64,000 nt of DNA from an uncultured Coriobacteriales bacterium (GCA_934654475.1 CAKUFZ010000003.1:1811-65810), one strand, 5' to 3'. Positions 44,469 through 54,339 are shown, numbered from the stretch's first letter. Program-made: numbers and translations. Notes: generated by a model from the letters alone, not told the origin.

Positions 44469-46652
44469 ATGAGTAAGACCGAGATGACCCGTCGCAACTT
44501 CGTGGCCGCCGGCAGCGCCATGGCACTTGCCCTTGCCGCTTCCACGGCCCTTGCCGAGGAGGCCCCGGCGCCCGCCGAGGGCGAGGGTGCCCCCGAGGGT
44601 GGCGAAGGCGGCGGCGAGGGTGGCCCCGGCGCCGGTGGCCCTGGCCCCATGGGTGCCCCCAAGGACGTCCCCGCAGCCCGCGAGGCAGCTGCCGCTGAGG
44701 GACGCACCTTCGGCTACGCAGGCGCCGGCGACTGGCTGGGCGTGCCCGACGACGTAGAGGTCGCCGAGGAGATCAACGACTTCGACGCCGTCGTCATCGG
44801 TGGCGGCCATGCCGGCACGCAGGCCACGCTTGCCCTTGCCGAGGCTGGCGCAAAGGTCGCCATGTGCGAGAAGAGCACCTACCTCATGTACATCGGCGAG
44901 GACGCCGCTGCCTGGAACGCCGACTTCGTGAAGAACGCCGGCTTCGCTGAGTACAACCTCGGTGAGGTCATCAACGAGTTCACAACCCGCTCGGGCGGCC
45001 GCGTGAGCCAGGAGATCGTCGCCTCCTACGTCAACAACTCCGGCGAGTGCCTCGACAACATGCTCGCCTGCATGAAGGAGGCCGTCGAGGACTCCGAGCG
45101 CCACGACCTGTACAACCAGCTCGTGAGCGACCTGGCCCTCACCAACAACGAGTATTCCTCCGAGGGCGGCGCCTACGCCCAGGACATCGACGAGTCCTTC
45201 TACACCTACGACGTGACCCGCAACGGCAAGATCATCGTCCAGGCCATGTTCGACGCCGACAAGGTCAAGGAGCTCACCGCCGACATCGACTGGGCCTCGC
45301 TTGCCGTCGACCCCAACTGCGAGACGACCGAGGAGGGCTACCAGGCCGGCTACCAGGCTCTCTATGACGCCTGCGCCTCCTTCTACGACAACAACAACCA
45401 GTGCCTCGACCACACCGGTTACCCCAAGGCCCCCGGCACGAAGACCTGGGCCACCACCATCCAGATGATGGGCCACTTCCACGGCCGCGAGGGTCACGGC
45501 GGCGTCGCCGCTTCCTCCATCATCGGCAACGTCCAGATGGCGTGCCTGGCCAAGGCCTACACCCTGGGCGCTCAGGTGTTCCTGGGCTACAAGGGCTACA
45601 AGGTCGTGCAGGCTGAGGACGGCACCGTGACCGGCGTCATCGTCTACGATGCCGACGCCGACCGCTACGTCAAGTTCAACTGCAAGGCAGTCATCTCCTG
45701 CGCCGGCGGCTACATCCAGAACGCCGACATGTGCTGGGCCCTGCTCAACGAGCTCCAGGAGAAGTACGAGCGCACCGGCGGCCTCAAGGAGGACTTCAAC
45801 GGCGGCGGCATGGCCTGCGCCGGCGACGGTTCGGGCGTCAAGATGCTGTGCTGGGCCGGCGGCTTCGTCGACCCCTCCCCGCGCGGCCACATGTCCCTGG
45901 GCGGCGGCCCCTCCGGTACCTGGGGTGCCAACTGCCACCTGTGGCTCGACGAGAACATGCAGCGCTTCTGCAACGAGGGCAACATCACCGCTGCCGGCGA
46001 CGCTTGCTCGCGCAAGACGGGCGCCTGCTACGGCATCATCGGCGGCGACTACCTCAAGCACATCGCCAGCTGCGGCCTTGAGCACACCGGCCCCAACTTC
46101 GGCCGTCCCGAGTACATCATGGACATGATGTACGACATCGAGACCGGCGAGGTCAACAGCCAGATCAAGATCACCGGCATGACCACCGCTGAGCGCATGG
46201 GCGGCGGCATCTACAAGGCCGACAGCCTTGAGAACCTGGCCGCTGGCCTGGGCATCGAGGACGTCGAGGGCTTCGTGGCCGCAGTCAACCACTACAACGA
46301 CCTGTGCTACGCCTGCCAGGACGGCACCTACACCTGCGACCCCGAGTTCGGTAAGAACGCCGAGGCGATGATCCCGATCGAGGGCCCGCTCTACTACGGC
46401 TTCTCCGGCTCCTGCGGCCGCACCGGCTCGAGCCCCTCGATGGTCACCATGTCGGGCGTCATGGCCGACAAGAACCTCAACGTCGAGGACCTCGACGGCA
46501 ACCCCATCCCCGGCCTGTACTGCGCAGGCGCCGACCTGGGCGGCCGTTACGGCACCGGCTACTCCACGCCTGCCGCCGGCAACTCCATCGGCATGGCCCT
46601 CACCAACGGCCGCGTCGCCGGCAAGAGTGCCGCTGCCTACCTGGGGCTCTAG
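44469..46652 (+). CDS. Tat-exported FAD-dependent oxidoreductase, long form (727 aa) with Gly/Glu/Pro-rich linker
   Basis: Track ORF trimmed to ATG 44469. Signal MSKTEMTRRNFVAAGSAMALALAA. Linker EEAPAPAEGEGAPEGGEGGGEGGPGAGGPGP. AVVIGGGHAGTQATLALAEAGAKVAMCEK dinucleotide fold. C-terminal GLYCAGADLGG. Confidence 0.8.
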   Translation: MSKTEMTRRNFVAAGSAMALALAASTALAEEAPAPAEGEGAPEGGEGGGEGGPGAGGPGPMGAPKDVPAAREAAAAEGRTFGYAGAGDWLGVPDDVEVAEEINDFDAVVIGGGHAGTQATLALAEAGAKVAMCEKSTYLMYIGEDAAAWNADFVKNAGFAEYNLGEVINEFTTRSGGRVSQEIVASYVNNSGECLDNMLACMKEAVEDSERHDLYNQLVSDLALTNNEYSSEGGAYAQDIDESFYTYDVTRNGKIIVQAMFDADKVKELTADIDWASLAVDPNCETTEEGYQAGYQALYDACASFYDNNNQCLDHTGYPKAPGTKTWATTIQMMGHFHGREGHGGVAASSIIGNVQMACLAKAYTLGAQVFLGYKGYKVVQAEDGTVTGVIVYDADADRYVKFNCKAVISCAGGYIQNADMCWALLNELQEKYERTGGLKEDFNGGGMACAGDGSGVKMLCWAGGFVDPSPRGHMSLGGGPSGTWGANCHLWLDENMQRFCNEGNITAAGDACSRKTGACYGIIGGDYLKHIASCGLEHTGPNFGRPEYIMDMMYDIETGEVNSQIKITGMTTAERMGGGIYKADSLENLAAGLGIEDVEGFVAAVNHYNDLCYACQDGTYTCDPEFGKNAEAMIPIEGPLYYGFSGSCGRTGSSPSMVTMSGVMADKNLNVEDLDGNPIPGLYCAGADLGGRYGTGYSTPAAGNSIGMALTNGRVAGKSAAAYLGL

Positions 46653-46704
46653 GCTCGAAACGTTAGACATGCTTCCTCACCTGAGGTAGCATGAACGTAA
46701 CTGA

Positions 46705-46746
46705 AGCGGGGGCGCCCCAAACATATTCGGGGTGCCCCCGCTTTGT
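46705..46746 (+). terminator. Hairpin after the flavoprotein gene (weak T-tract)
   Basis: 14-bp stem agcgggggcgcccc/ggggtgcccccgct with 1 mismatch and a 10-nt loop, followed by TTGT. Confidence 0.45.
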
Positions 46747-46772
46747 CAGCGGCGCCACATTGCAAAAAACTC

Positions 46773-46899
46773 CGGCATGTTTGCGTCTTGTTGGAACAGC
46801 GAGACGCACGGCTCAAGGTAGCACCTCATCTACCTGCGGTAACGTCACCGCACTCGCTGCGGGTAGCCACCTCGCCGACATTAAGACGCAAACATGCCC
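46773..46899. repeat. TIR-bounded element of about 127 bp, copy 2 (inverted relative to copy 1)
   Basis: Perfect 16-bp inverted repeat ggcatgtttgcgtctt (46774-46789) / aagacgcaaacatgcc (46883-46898). Its arms match those of 23441-23570. The interior shows a diverged match (caggtagatgagg vs caggtaaatgggg) at the same offset once reverse-complemented. Confidence 0.65.
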
Positions 46900-46958
46900 G
46901 AATTTAGACCAAGAAGATGCCCTGCAAGGCTCAACGAGTCGTCGTGGAAGGACTGACA

Positions 46959-48293
46959 ATGCGAGGTTTCCTTTACCTGACTGGCTACAACGCAATCTGC
47001 GAGACGCTGCACATGGACGCCGCGCCCGGCAGGCGCTCCATCGGCAACGCCGAGGCCTGCGGCAACTCGCTGGCCAAGGCGTCGCGCAACGCCCATGCCG
47101 ACGTGGACCAGTTCCTGCTTGCCGCGCGCCAGTACCTCTCTACCGCAGGTGCCAAAACCTGCAAGGTCACCTGCCACGACGGCAGTTATCAGGAGTATGA
47201 CCTGGGCTTTCGCGTCAAGCGCCATGAGAACTTCCTCTATGTGACCGAAGCGCGGCAGGAGACGCGCCTGGCTCCGGGCATGCGCATCGTCGCCGTGGGC
47301 ATGAACAGGATCGATTTCCTGCTCAAAGACATGGGGGCCGACGTCGTCTGGGGTCGAGGCACGGACCGCGAGGACTGGGACTTGGCCATGCGCATGTTCG
47401 ACGACATCGACGTCTTCCCCGGCGACGGCCACGTCATGCGCCTCGACCTGCGTCGCTACCCCGTGAAAACGCCCGACCCCGAGTTCTCGACCCGCGTGCA
47501 GGACGGCGCCGTCGTCATGCGAATCGACGACCTCTCCCAGGCCGGCAAGGTCGCCCAGGCCGTTTCTGAGGCTACGGCAGCCCTCGCCGAGCAAGGCGCC
47601 GGCAAGCTTGTGCTCGACCTGCGCCACTGCGCCGGCACCGCAGACCCCGCCTCCTACCTGGCGCTTCTTCCCCTGCTTGTGGACGCCGAGATTGACGCGA
47701 AGCAGGTCATGGACGACGTCGAGCTCTTCACCGTCTACTCCAAGAACAACGCCGCCGCACTCATCGCCGACATTGACCGCGTCCGCCCCGCGCTCGACGA
47801 GGCCGGCCTCAGCATGGCCGACGAGCTGTGCGCCGACATTCAGGCAAAGGCCGACGAGGTGCTCGCACGCAAGCGCACCACCCACGTCATGGCAGAGCGC
47901 CTGCGTATGGCCGAGCTGCCCGAGGTTCTCCCCTCCCCCTTCATCGACGAGCGCGTGACACCCGATGCCAACGCACCGCGCCTTGCCTGCATCCTGCTCG
48001 ATTCCGGCACGGGGGAAGGGGCGGAGCGCCTGGCTCAGGCCGTCATGGGGATGGAGCGCGTGCGCCTGGTGGGCCGCGCCACCAAGGGCTGGGTCGACTA
48101 CGCCAACTACCTCACCAGCGAGCTTGAAGGCATCGCCTGCTCGTTCACCTACCCCATCAGCCGCACGAAGGCCAACCACGACGGCGAGGGGTTCGAGCGC
48201 ACGGGGCTGCCGCTCGACGTGCACGTGCCCTTCACGCCCGAGGAATGCACGCGCGACACGATTCTCGGGGCGGCGCTCGCACTCGAAGCGTAG
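46959..48293 (+). CDS. Peptidase S41-like protein (paralog 1), no signal peptide seen
   Basis: ATG 46959 after GGAAGGA. S41-type blocks VLDLRHCAGT, ILLDSGTGEGAERLA, VGRATKGW, GLPLDVHV. The Ser positions of the usual SASASE block read T and E. Confidence 0.6.
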   Translation: MRGFLYLTGYNAICETLHMDAAPGRRSIGNAEACGNSLAKASRNAHADVDQFLLAARQYLSTAGAKTCKVTCHDGSYQEYDLGFRVKRHENFLYVTEARQETRLAPGMRIVAVGMNRIDFLLKDMGADVVWGRGTDREDWDLAMRMFDDIDVFPGDGHVMRLDLRRYPVKTPDPEFSTRVQDGAVVMRIDDLSQAGKVAQAVSEATAALAEQGAGKLVLDLRHCAGTADPASYLALLPLLVDAEIDAKQVMDDVELFTVYSKNNAAALIADIDRVRPALDEAGLSMADELCADIQAKADEVLARKRTTHVMAERLRMAELPEVLPSPFIDERVTPDANAPRLACILLDSGTGEGAERLAQAVMGMERVRLVGRATKGWVDYANYLTSELEGIACSFTYPISRTKANHDGEGFERTGLPLDVHVPFTPEECTRDTILGAALALEA

Positions 48294-48424
48294 GGACCGA
48301 TACCAACGAGCCGCACGACACGTGGTAAAGCGGTGCGAGCTTGGCATGGCCGCACCCACAGACAAGGCGTTTGGGTAGGATAGCAGGCGAAAAAACGTGC
48401 ATCTTCCCAATGAAAGGCCGCACC

Positions 48425-49399
48425 ATGACGCCCGAGCCCCGCACCATCGCCTCGCAGATCCTCATCGCCCTCGACCACGACTACGCCGGCATGCCCGAAT
48501 GCGACGATCATGCGGGCAAGGCATGGCACAAGCTCTTCAGGAAAGCCGATGAGCTGGGGCTTCTTAACGACGACTTGCTCGAGGCCATGATGCAGGAGCG
48601 CCTTGCGCACCTGGGCGACCCCAACCTGCGCCTCATGCGCCTGGGCGCCGACGCCGACTCCGCGTTCGAGTCCGCCCCCTGCGCATTCGAGATGCAGGGC
48701 AGGGCAGCCGTCCTCACCGTGGGCAACCTCGACTCCACCGAGGCCGCAGACCTGCTGACCGAGCATGCCGGCCAGGCGCGTGCAGCAAAGACGCTCGTCC
48801 TCGACGTGCGCGCCTGCATGGGCGGCGTCGAGCAGGCGGCCTACCCCCTGCTCAATTGGCTGTTCGACGAGCCGACGACGCTGGAGGCGCTCATCGGCAC
48901 CCAGCAGGTGCTCACCAACTATTCCACCGGTGCGTGCAAGGCCCGCATCCAGCAGTTCACCCAGCTCAAGACCCTGCTTGAGGCCCAGGGTGCCGGCGAC
49001 ACCACCGCTTGGCTCGATCAGGGCCTCCAGGCCGCGCAAGAAAGCATGGGCAAGGGCTTTGTAGAGGAGTCGCTTGCCCCCGCGCAGCTCGACATCGCGG
49101 CCGCCCCGGCTGGCCAGCGCGTCTTCCTGCTCACAAGCGAGCGCACCGCCGACGCCGCCGAGTGGCTCGCAGGCGTCGCCAAGAAGTCTCCACGCGCAAC
49201 GCAGGTGGGCCAGGCCACGCGCGGCACGCTCGACTACTCCAACCCCGTCACGCTCACCTTCGGCGACCGTTTCGTCTTCACCTACCCCATGACCAAGACC
49301 GCCGAGGCAGCTCAGGGCAAGGGCATCCGCGGCACCGGCATCCTGCCCGACATTGCCTGCCAAGCAGAAGAGGCACTCGCCAAGGCGCTCGAGGGCTAA
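48425..49399 (+). CDS. Peptidase S41-like protein (paralog 2)
   Basis: Start uncertain (ATG 48425 or 48410). Blocks LVLDVRACMGG, FLLTSERTADAAEWLA, VGQATRGT, GILPDIAC. The Ser positions read T and D, and the Lys position reads R. Confidence 0.55.
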   Translation: MTPEPRTIASQILIALDHDYAGMPECDDHAGKAWHKLFRKADELGLLNDDLLEAMMQERLAHLGDPNLRLMRLGADADSAFESAPCAFEMQGRAAVLTVGNLDSTEAADLLTEHAGQARAAKTLVLDVRACMGGVEQAAYPLLNWLFDEPTTLEALIGTQQVLTNYSTGACKARIQQFTQLKTLLEAQGAGDTTAWLDQGLQAAQESMGKGFVEESLAPAQLDIAAAPAGQRVFLLTSERTADAAEWLAGVAKKSPRATQVGQATRGTLDYSNPVTLTFGDRFVFTYPMTKTAEAAQGKGIRGTGILPDIACQAEEALAKALEG

Positions 49400-49620
49400 G
49401 GGTCGGCCCGACCACATAAGGACGCCGCTGAGGCGCATGGTCTGCACGCAGACCCGCCTGAGCACAGAACATGCGCCGGTGCAAGCACTTCTCAACCCAT
49501 TGCAGCTCAGGGCAGGCTCTAAGGGGCCCACCTTTATTCATTTCTCGACGAAGAGGTGTTTGTTTGGCAGTCCCTTGGGCGAACCCCCGCAAGTACATAA
49601 AGAAAAACAGGGCATTGCAA

Positions 49621-49654
49621 AGGAGCCGCACCCCGGGGTTGGAATGCGGCTCCT
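49621..49654 (-). terminator. Possible terminator hairpin downstream of the minus-strand LuxR gene
   Basis: 10-bp stem aggagccgca/tgcggctcct with a 14-nt loop. The minus-strand tail TTTGCAATG is weak. Confidence 0.35.
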
Positions 49655-49695
49655 TGCCGTTGGTGGCCATATGTCGATACAGACACCCTGGTTGA

Positions 49696-51237
49696 CTACG
49701 CGCGCTTGTCCACCATGTCGATGAGCTGCTGCTTGGAGTGAATGTGTAGCTTGGCGTAGATGTTCTTCACATGCACGCGCACGGTGTTCTCCGAGATGAT
49801 GAGCTTCTCGGCGATGGACATGCGCGTGTTGCCGCGGGCAAGCAGGTCGAGTACCTCGCCCTCGCGCTCCGACAAGGCGTACTTCTTCGCAATCACCGCG
49901 CATGCCTGGGCGATGGGGTCGACAGGAGCGACCGTCGGCGTCCCAGCGGGTGCCGTCTGAGCCGCGTCTGCCTGCCCGGCAGCACCGATCGCAGCATACG
50001 ATACGAGGACATCGGGAGCCGTGTCACTGCGCTGAGACGACCCCTCGAACCCTCCACCCTGCAGCTCAACTGGCACGAAAGGCTGGGCGGCGCCGTTCAC
50101 GGGCGAGGGGTATTGCGCCGCCGCAAGCACGCTCGAAGCCACGACCGCCAGAATCGTCATCGTCACCGTGATGGCCTGCACGGCAGCAAAATCATCGCCG
50201 AACGAGAGCCCCGTCGCCTGACCGGCAAGCGTGCCGCAGGCATAGCCGAAACTCACCACACCCCATCCGACGGGGAACACAAACGACAGGCTCGCCACAC
50301 CGCTCTGGGCCACATCGATGAGAACGAGCAGCACAAACACCTGCACGATGTCCCAGAACGCCTCGGTGAGTTTGGGCAGAAGTCCTCCAGCGCTACCACC
50401 CAAAAGGATGTGCAGCAAAAACAGGACGGCAAGCACCGGCGTGAGCACACGGCCGATGGTAGAGAGGCGCACGTTCGACTTGCAGGGTAGCAATACCGCA
50501 AGCAAGATGACCGAAATGGCAAGCACGCACTCGTCGACGCCCGTGTTGAAGTCGAGCATCACCGAAATTTGTGCGACGGCAGCGGTGTTTCCCGCCGTAA
50601 CGCCAAAGATGAATGCGTAGACCACAAGCGCCCCGAGCAGCAGCTTGAAGTGACTCGAGCTCGTCGGGCGCATGATGAGAGGCTTGATCTCGCGATGGGC
50701 ATTGCGCGCCTCGTGCACCACAAGTACGACGAGGACAACGAGCGCAAGAACCGTGATGGGCAAGGGACCCACGTACCCACCCACAGCCGTGCTGGCAAGC
50801 CCCAGGAGCGACTTGATGAGCAAAGCCACGACCACGGTCACAATGCGCGTGGCAACATCGACCACAGCCAGCATCTCGACCCACGAGAAGAGGCCGAGCG
50901 CCGCGGCCACGCCGATGATGAGAGCGGCCACATAGGCAAGCACCATGCCGCCGAAGTCTTTGGCCACAAGATAGGCGCACAAGGTAGCTGCGACGATGAG
51001 CACCGCCGGCATCGACACGAGGACGCGCGAGGAAAATGTCGCCTGGTTGCTTCGGAACGCGACGAGCGCCAAGATCAGCACGAGGCAGCATGCAAACGAC
51101 ATGCACACAAGCGGCGAGAACACCAGGCCCGCCGACATTGGATACAGGAAGTTGATGACGTTTTGCCTCCACGCCAAAAAGAAGCCAAACCCCACCGCGA
51201 CAAGGATGTCCATCTTCCCCGTCAGTTTCTCGACCAT
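49696..51237 (-). CDS. Membrane-spanning LuxR-family transcriptional regulator
   Basis: GGGGGGA RBS. Multi-TM body plus LSEREGEVLDLLARGNTRMSIAEKLIISENTVRVHVKNIYAKLHIHSKQQL. Confidence 0.8.
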   Translation of the reverse strand: MVEKLTGKMDILVAVGFGFFLAWRQNVINFLYPMSAGLVFSPLVCMSFACCLVLILALVAFRSNQATFSSRVLVSMPAVLIVAATLCAYLVAKDFGGMVLAYVAALIIGVAAALGLFSWVEMLAVVDVATRIVTVVVALLIKSLLGLASTAVGGYVGPLPITVLALVVLVVLVVHEARNAHREIKPLIMRPTSSSHFKLLLGALVVYAFIFGVTAGNTAAVAQISVMLDFNTGVDECVLAISVILLAVLLPCKSNVRLSTIGRVLTPVLAVLFLLHILLGGSAGGLLPKLTEAFWDIVQVFVLLVLIDVAQSGVASLSFVFPVGWGVVSFGYACGTLAGQATGLSFGDDFAAVQAITVTMTILAVVASSVLAAAQYPSPVNGAAQPFVPVELQGGGFEGSSQRSDTAPDVLVSYAAIGAAGQADAAQTAPAGTPTVAPVDPIAQACAVIAKKYALSEREGEVLDLLARGNTRMSIAEKLIISENTVRVHVKNIYAKLHIHSKQQLIDMVDKRA

Positions 51238-51440
51238 TCGCGTCCCCCCGCATCAGTCGAATACCGAGCAATAAACTGGAAATTGTACCGCCGCCACTTC
51301 TTCATATGCATGGCGTTTTATTCACGAGTCGGCATACATTCTATACCGTTTGCCGCCCGAGCCGCCCCGGGCTTTCCGCACGCGCTACGATATACAGATT
51401 AGGCTCTCCTGACACGCCAATCGACCACGAAAGGCCAACC

Positions 51441-52979
51441 ATGAACCGCTATATCGACACCCGTGGAAACGTGAGCGACGCGCTTTCATTTTGCGAGGCC
51501 ATCGTCGAAGGCATTGCCCCCGGTGGCGGCCTTTTCGTGCCCCAGCAGATTCCCTCGATGAGCGTCGAAGAGATTTGCGCGCTTGCCGAGCTTCCTTACG
51601 CCCAGCGCGCCGCGCGCGTCTATCGCGCATTTGAGGTCGACGTCGCCGACGACGCAATCGACTCCCTCATGGCCGGCGCCTACGGCCCCCAGTTTGACGA
51701 CGAGCGCATCGCCCCTGTGGTTGACCTGGGCGACGGCATCCATGTGCTCGAGCTGTTCCATGGACCCACCTCGGCCTTCAAGGACATGGCCCTGCAGTGC
51801 CTGCCCCGCTTCTTCGAGCATGCGACGGGCAAGCTGCGCGAAGAGGGCAGGCTCGACCACGACCACCTCATCCTCGTGGCCACCTCCGGCGACACGGGCA
51901 AGGCGGCGCTTGAAGGCTTCGCCGGCCGCAAGCATGTGGGCATCTGCGTCTTCTATCCCGACGGCGGCGTCTCCGACATTCAGCTTCGCCAGATGACCAC
52001 CCAGCAGGGCGACAACGTCAACGTCTTCGCGGCCCGCGGCGACTTCGACGATTGCCAGACCTCCGTCAAGCAGGCCTTTGGCGACACGGCGTTCTGCGAC
52101 AAGCTCATGGCCGAGCACAACCTGGCCCTTTCCAGCGCGAACTCCATCAACTGGGGTCGCCTCATGCCTCAAATCGTGTACTACATGAGCGCCTACGCCG
52201 ACATGGTCGCAGCAGGCTCCGTGCGCGCCGGCGAAGAGATCGACGTCTGCGTGCCCACCGGCAACTTCGGCAACATCCTGGCTGCGTATTACGCCAAGCG
52301 CATCGGCACCCCCATTGCGCGCCTCGTGTGCGCGAGCAACGAGAACAACGTGCTCACCGACTTCATCACGACGGGCGTCTACGACATCCGCTCGCGCAAG
52401 CTCTCGCTTACCCCCTCCCCCAGCATGGACATCCTCGTGTCGTCCAACCTGGAGCGCCAGCTCTTCGAGCTGTGCGGTCGCGACGCCGAGCGCGTGCGCG
52501 GCTGGATGGCCGACCTCTCCCGCGACAAGCGCTTCGAGGTCGACGCCGACACGCGCGCCCGCATGCAGGAGCTTTACGCCGCTGGCTGCGTGGACAACGA
52601 CGCCTGCCTGCGCGAGATTGGCGAGGTCTTCACTGAGAAGCATTACCTGCTCGACCCCCACACCGCCGTTGCCCTGAAGGTCGCAAAGGAGCATCGCAGC
52701 GAGCACCCCATGCTCGTTGCCTCCACCGCCCATTGGGCAAAGTTCGGCCCCAACGTGTGGCGCGGCCTCAACGGCCTTGGCGCCCATGACGAGCTTCCCG
52801 CCGAGGTCGCGTCGCTTTCCGGCATCGCCCTCAACCGCGCCATCGCCGAAGCCACGGACACCCGCGTTCCCGCTGGTCTCGAGGCTCTGGAGACCCTTCC
52901 CCGCAGGTTCGACACCGTGGTCGAGGCTTCTAAAGCCGGTGTTGAGGACAGCGTGCTTGGGTGGCTTGAGAAGCACTAG
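51441..52979 (+). CDS. thrC: Threonine synthase (long form)
   Basis: Track ORF trimmed to ATG 51441 (GAAAGG). MNRYIDTRGN..GGLFVP..HGPTSAFKDMALQ (PLP lysine)..ATSGDTGKAA. Confidence 0.9.
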   Translation: MNRYIDTRGNVSDALSFCEAIVEGIAPGGGLFVPQQIPSMSVEEICALAELPYAQRAARVYRAFEVDVADDAIDSLMAGAYGPQFDDERIAPVVDLGDGIHVLELFHGPTSAFKDMALQCLPRFFEHATGKLREEGRLDHDHLILVATSGDTGKAALEGFAGRKHVGICVFYPDGGVSDIQLRQMTTQQGDNVNVFAARGDFDDCQTSVKQAFGDTAFCDKLMAEHNLALSSANSINWGRLMPQIVYYMSAYADMVAAGSVRAGEEIDVCVPTGNFGNILAAYYAKRIGTPIARLVCASNENNVLTDFITTGVYDIRSRKLSLTPSPSMDILVSSNLERQLFELCGRDAERVRGWMADLSRDKRFEVDADTRARMQELYAAGCVDNDACLREIGEVFTEKHYLLDPHTAVALKVAKEHRSEHPMLVASTAHWAKFGPNVWRGLNGLGAHDELPAEVASLSGIALNRAIAEATDTRVPAGLEALETLPRRFDTVVEASKAGVEDSVLGWLEKH

Positions 52980-53035
52980 GGCTCGAAACGCAGCTAGTAT
53001 GCCTGCACCGTAGTATGATTCGCTAGGTTCCCATG

Positions 53036-53069
53036 CCGGGCGCGACATGTTTCGCGCCCGGCTTCTTTT
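53036..53069 (+). terminator. Rho-independent terminator of thrC
   Basis: Perfect 10-bp stem ccgggcgcga/tcgcgcccgg with a 6-nt loop, followed by CTTCTTTT. Confidence 0.75.
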
Positions 53070-53083
53070 AAAAGGAGCAGTGT

Positions 53084-54319
53084 ATGAGCGATGTGATTGA
53101 TAGGCTTATCCGGTACTGCAGCGTCTCCACTCAGTCCGACCCTGCAAACGAGGCCGAGGTTCCTTCCAACCCCGACGAGTTCGACCTGGCCCGCCTGCTT
53201 GAGCGCGAGTTGCTCGACCTCGGCTTGGCCGACGCCCATATGGACGACAACGCCTATGTGACGGCGCACTTGCCCGCCAGCGCTGGGTGCGAGCATCTAC
53301 CCTGTCTGGCACTGATTGCGCACATCGACACGAGCCCCGATGCACCCGCACGCAACGTCAAGCCCCGTGTGCGCACCTATGAGGGCGGCGAGCTCGTGCT
53401 TGGCGAGCATAAGGGTGAGAAAATCAGCCTAACCGAGGAAAATACGCCTGGCCTTTCAAAGCTTGCTGGCCAGGACATCGTGTGCACCGACGGCTCTACC
53501 CTGCTTGGCGCCGACGACAAGGCCGGCGTGGCTGAAATCATGAGCTACCTGGCACGCGCCGTGAACGACGCCTCCCTGCGCCATCCCCGCATTGCCGTGT
53601 GCTTTGCACCCGACGAGGAGATCGGCCACGGCTGCAGCTTGCTCGATGTGGAGGGCTTTGGCGCAGCCTACGGCTACACCATTGACGGAGATGTGCTCGG
53701 CGGCGTGGAATACGAGTGCTTCAACGCGGCAAGCGTCACCGTGCGCGTCAAGGGCCACGAAATCCATCCCGGCAGCGCCAAGAACGTCATGGTGAACGCC
53801 CTGCGCGTGTTCGAGGATTTCGACCGCATGCTTCCCGAGAACGCCCGTCCCGAGCACACCGATGGTTACGAGGGCTTTTTCCATCTCTGCGATATCCGCG
53901 GTGACTGCAGCGAGGCTTTCGCCCACTACATCGTGCGCGACCACGACCTGCAAGCCTTCGAAATGAAGAAGGCAATGCTGCTTGAGGTTGCCGACTTCAT
54001 CAACAAGCGCTGGAGCGAACCGCGCGTTTTCGTTGAGATTCGCGATCAATACCGCAACATGGCGGAGAAGGTTGCCCCCTACCCCGCTCTTATCGACAAC
54101 GCCTACAAAGCATTCGAGCGCATTGGGGTCAAGGCATTCACGCGTCCCATTCGAGGCGGCACCGACGGCGCGGCGCTGTCGTTCCGCAACCTCCCCTGCC
54201 CAAATATCTCTACGGGCGGCTTCAACTACCACAGCGTCCGAGAATTCGCCGTGGTGAGCCAAGTCGAGGCCATGGTCGACTTCCTCTGCGAGCTTGGACA
54301 GCTGTTCGCACAGGACTAA
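53084..54319 (+). CDS. pepT: Peptidase T (tripeptide aminopeptidase, M20B)
   Basis: AAAAGGAG RBS. ..LIRYCSVSTQSD..SNPDEFDLA..IAHIDTSPD..LLGADDKAG..HPGSAKN..RGGTDGA match PepT. Confidence 0.9.
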   Translation: MSDVIDRLIRYCSVSTQSDPANEAEVPSNPDEFDLARLLERELLDLGLADAHMDDNAYVTAHLPASAGCEHLPCLALIAHIDTSPDAPARNVKPRVRTYEGGELVLGEHKGEKISLTEENTPGLSKLAGQDIVCTDGSTLLGADDKAGVAEIMSYLARAVNDASLRHPRIAVCFAPDEEIGHGCSLLDVEGFGAAYGYTIDGDVLGGVEYECFNAASVTVRVKGHEIHPGSAKNVMVNALRVFEDFDRMLPENARPEHTDGYEGFFHLCDIRGDCSEAFAHYIVRDHDLQAFEMKKAMLLEVADFINKRWSEPRVFVEIRDQYRNMAEKVAPYPALIDNAYKAFERIGVKAFTRPIRGGTDGAALSFRNLPCPNISTGGFNYHSVREFAVVSQVEAMVDFLCELGQLFAQD

Positions 54320-54339
54320 TCGACACGCATACGAAACCA

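Noticed and set aside
44277-46670. 797-aa minus-strand ORF opposite the long flavoprotein gene; similar cases are 33970..35643(+), 12275..13837(+), 28391..31142(+) and 24680..26613(+)
   Set aside because: All are shadow ORFs facing genes with Tat signals, FAD folds or Fe-S motifs, and none has its own recognisable domain.
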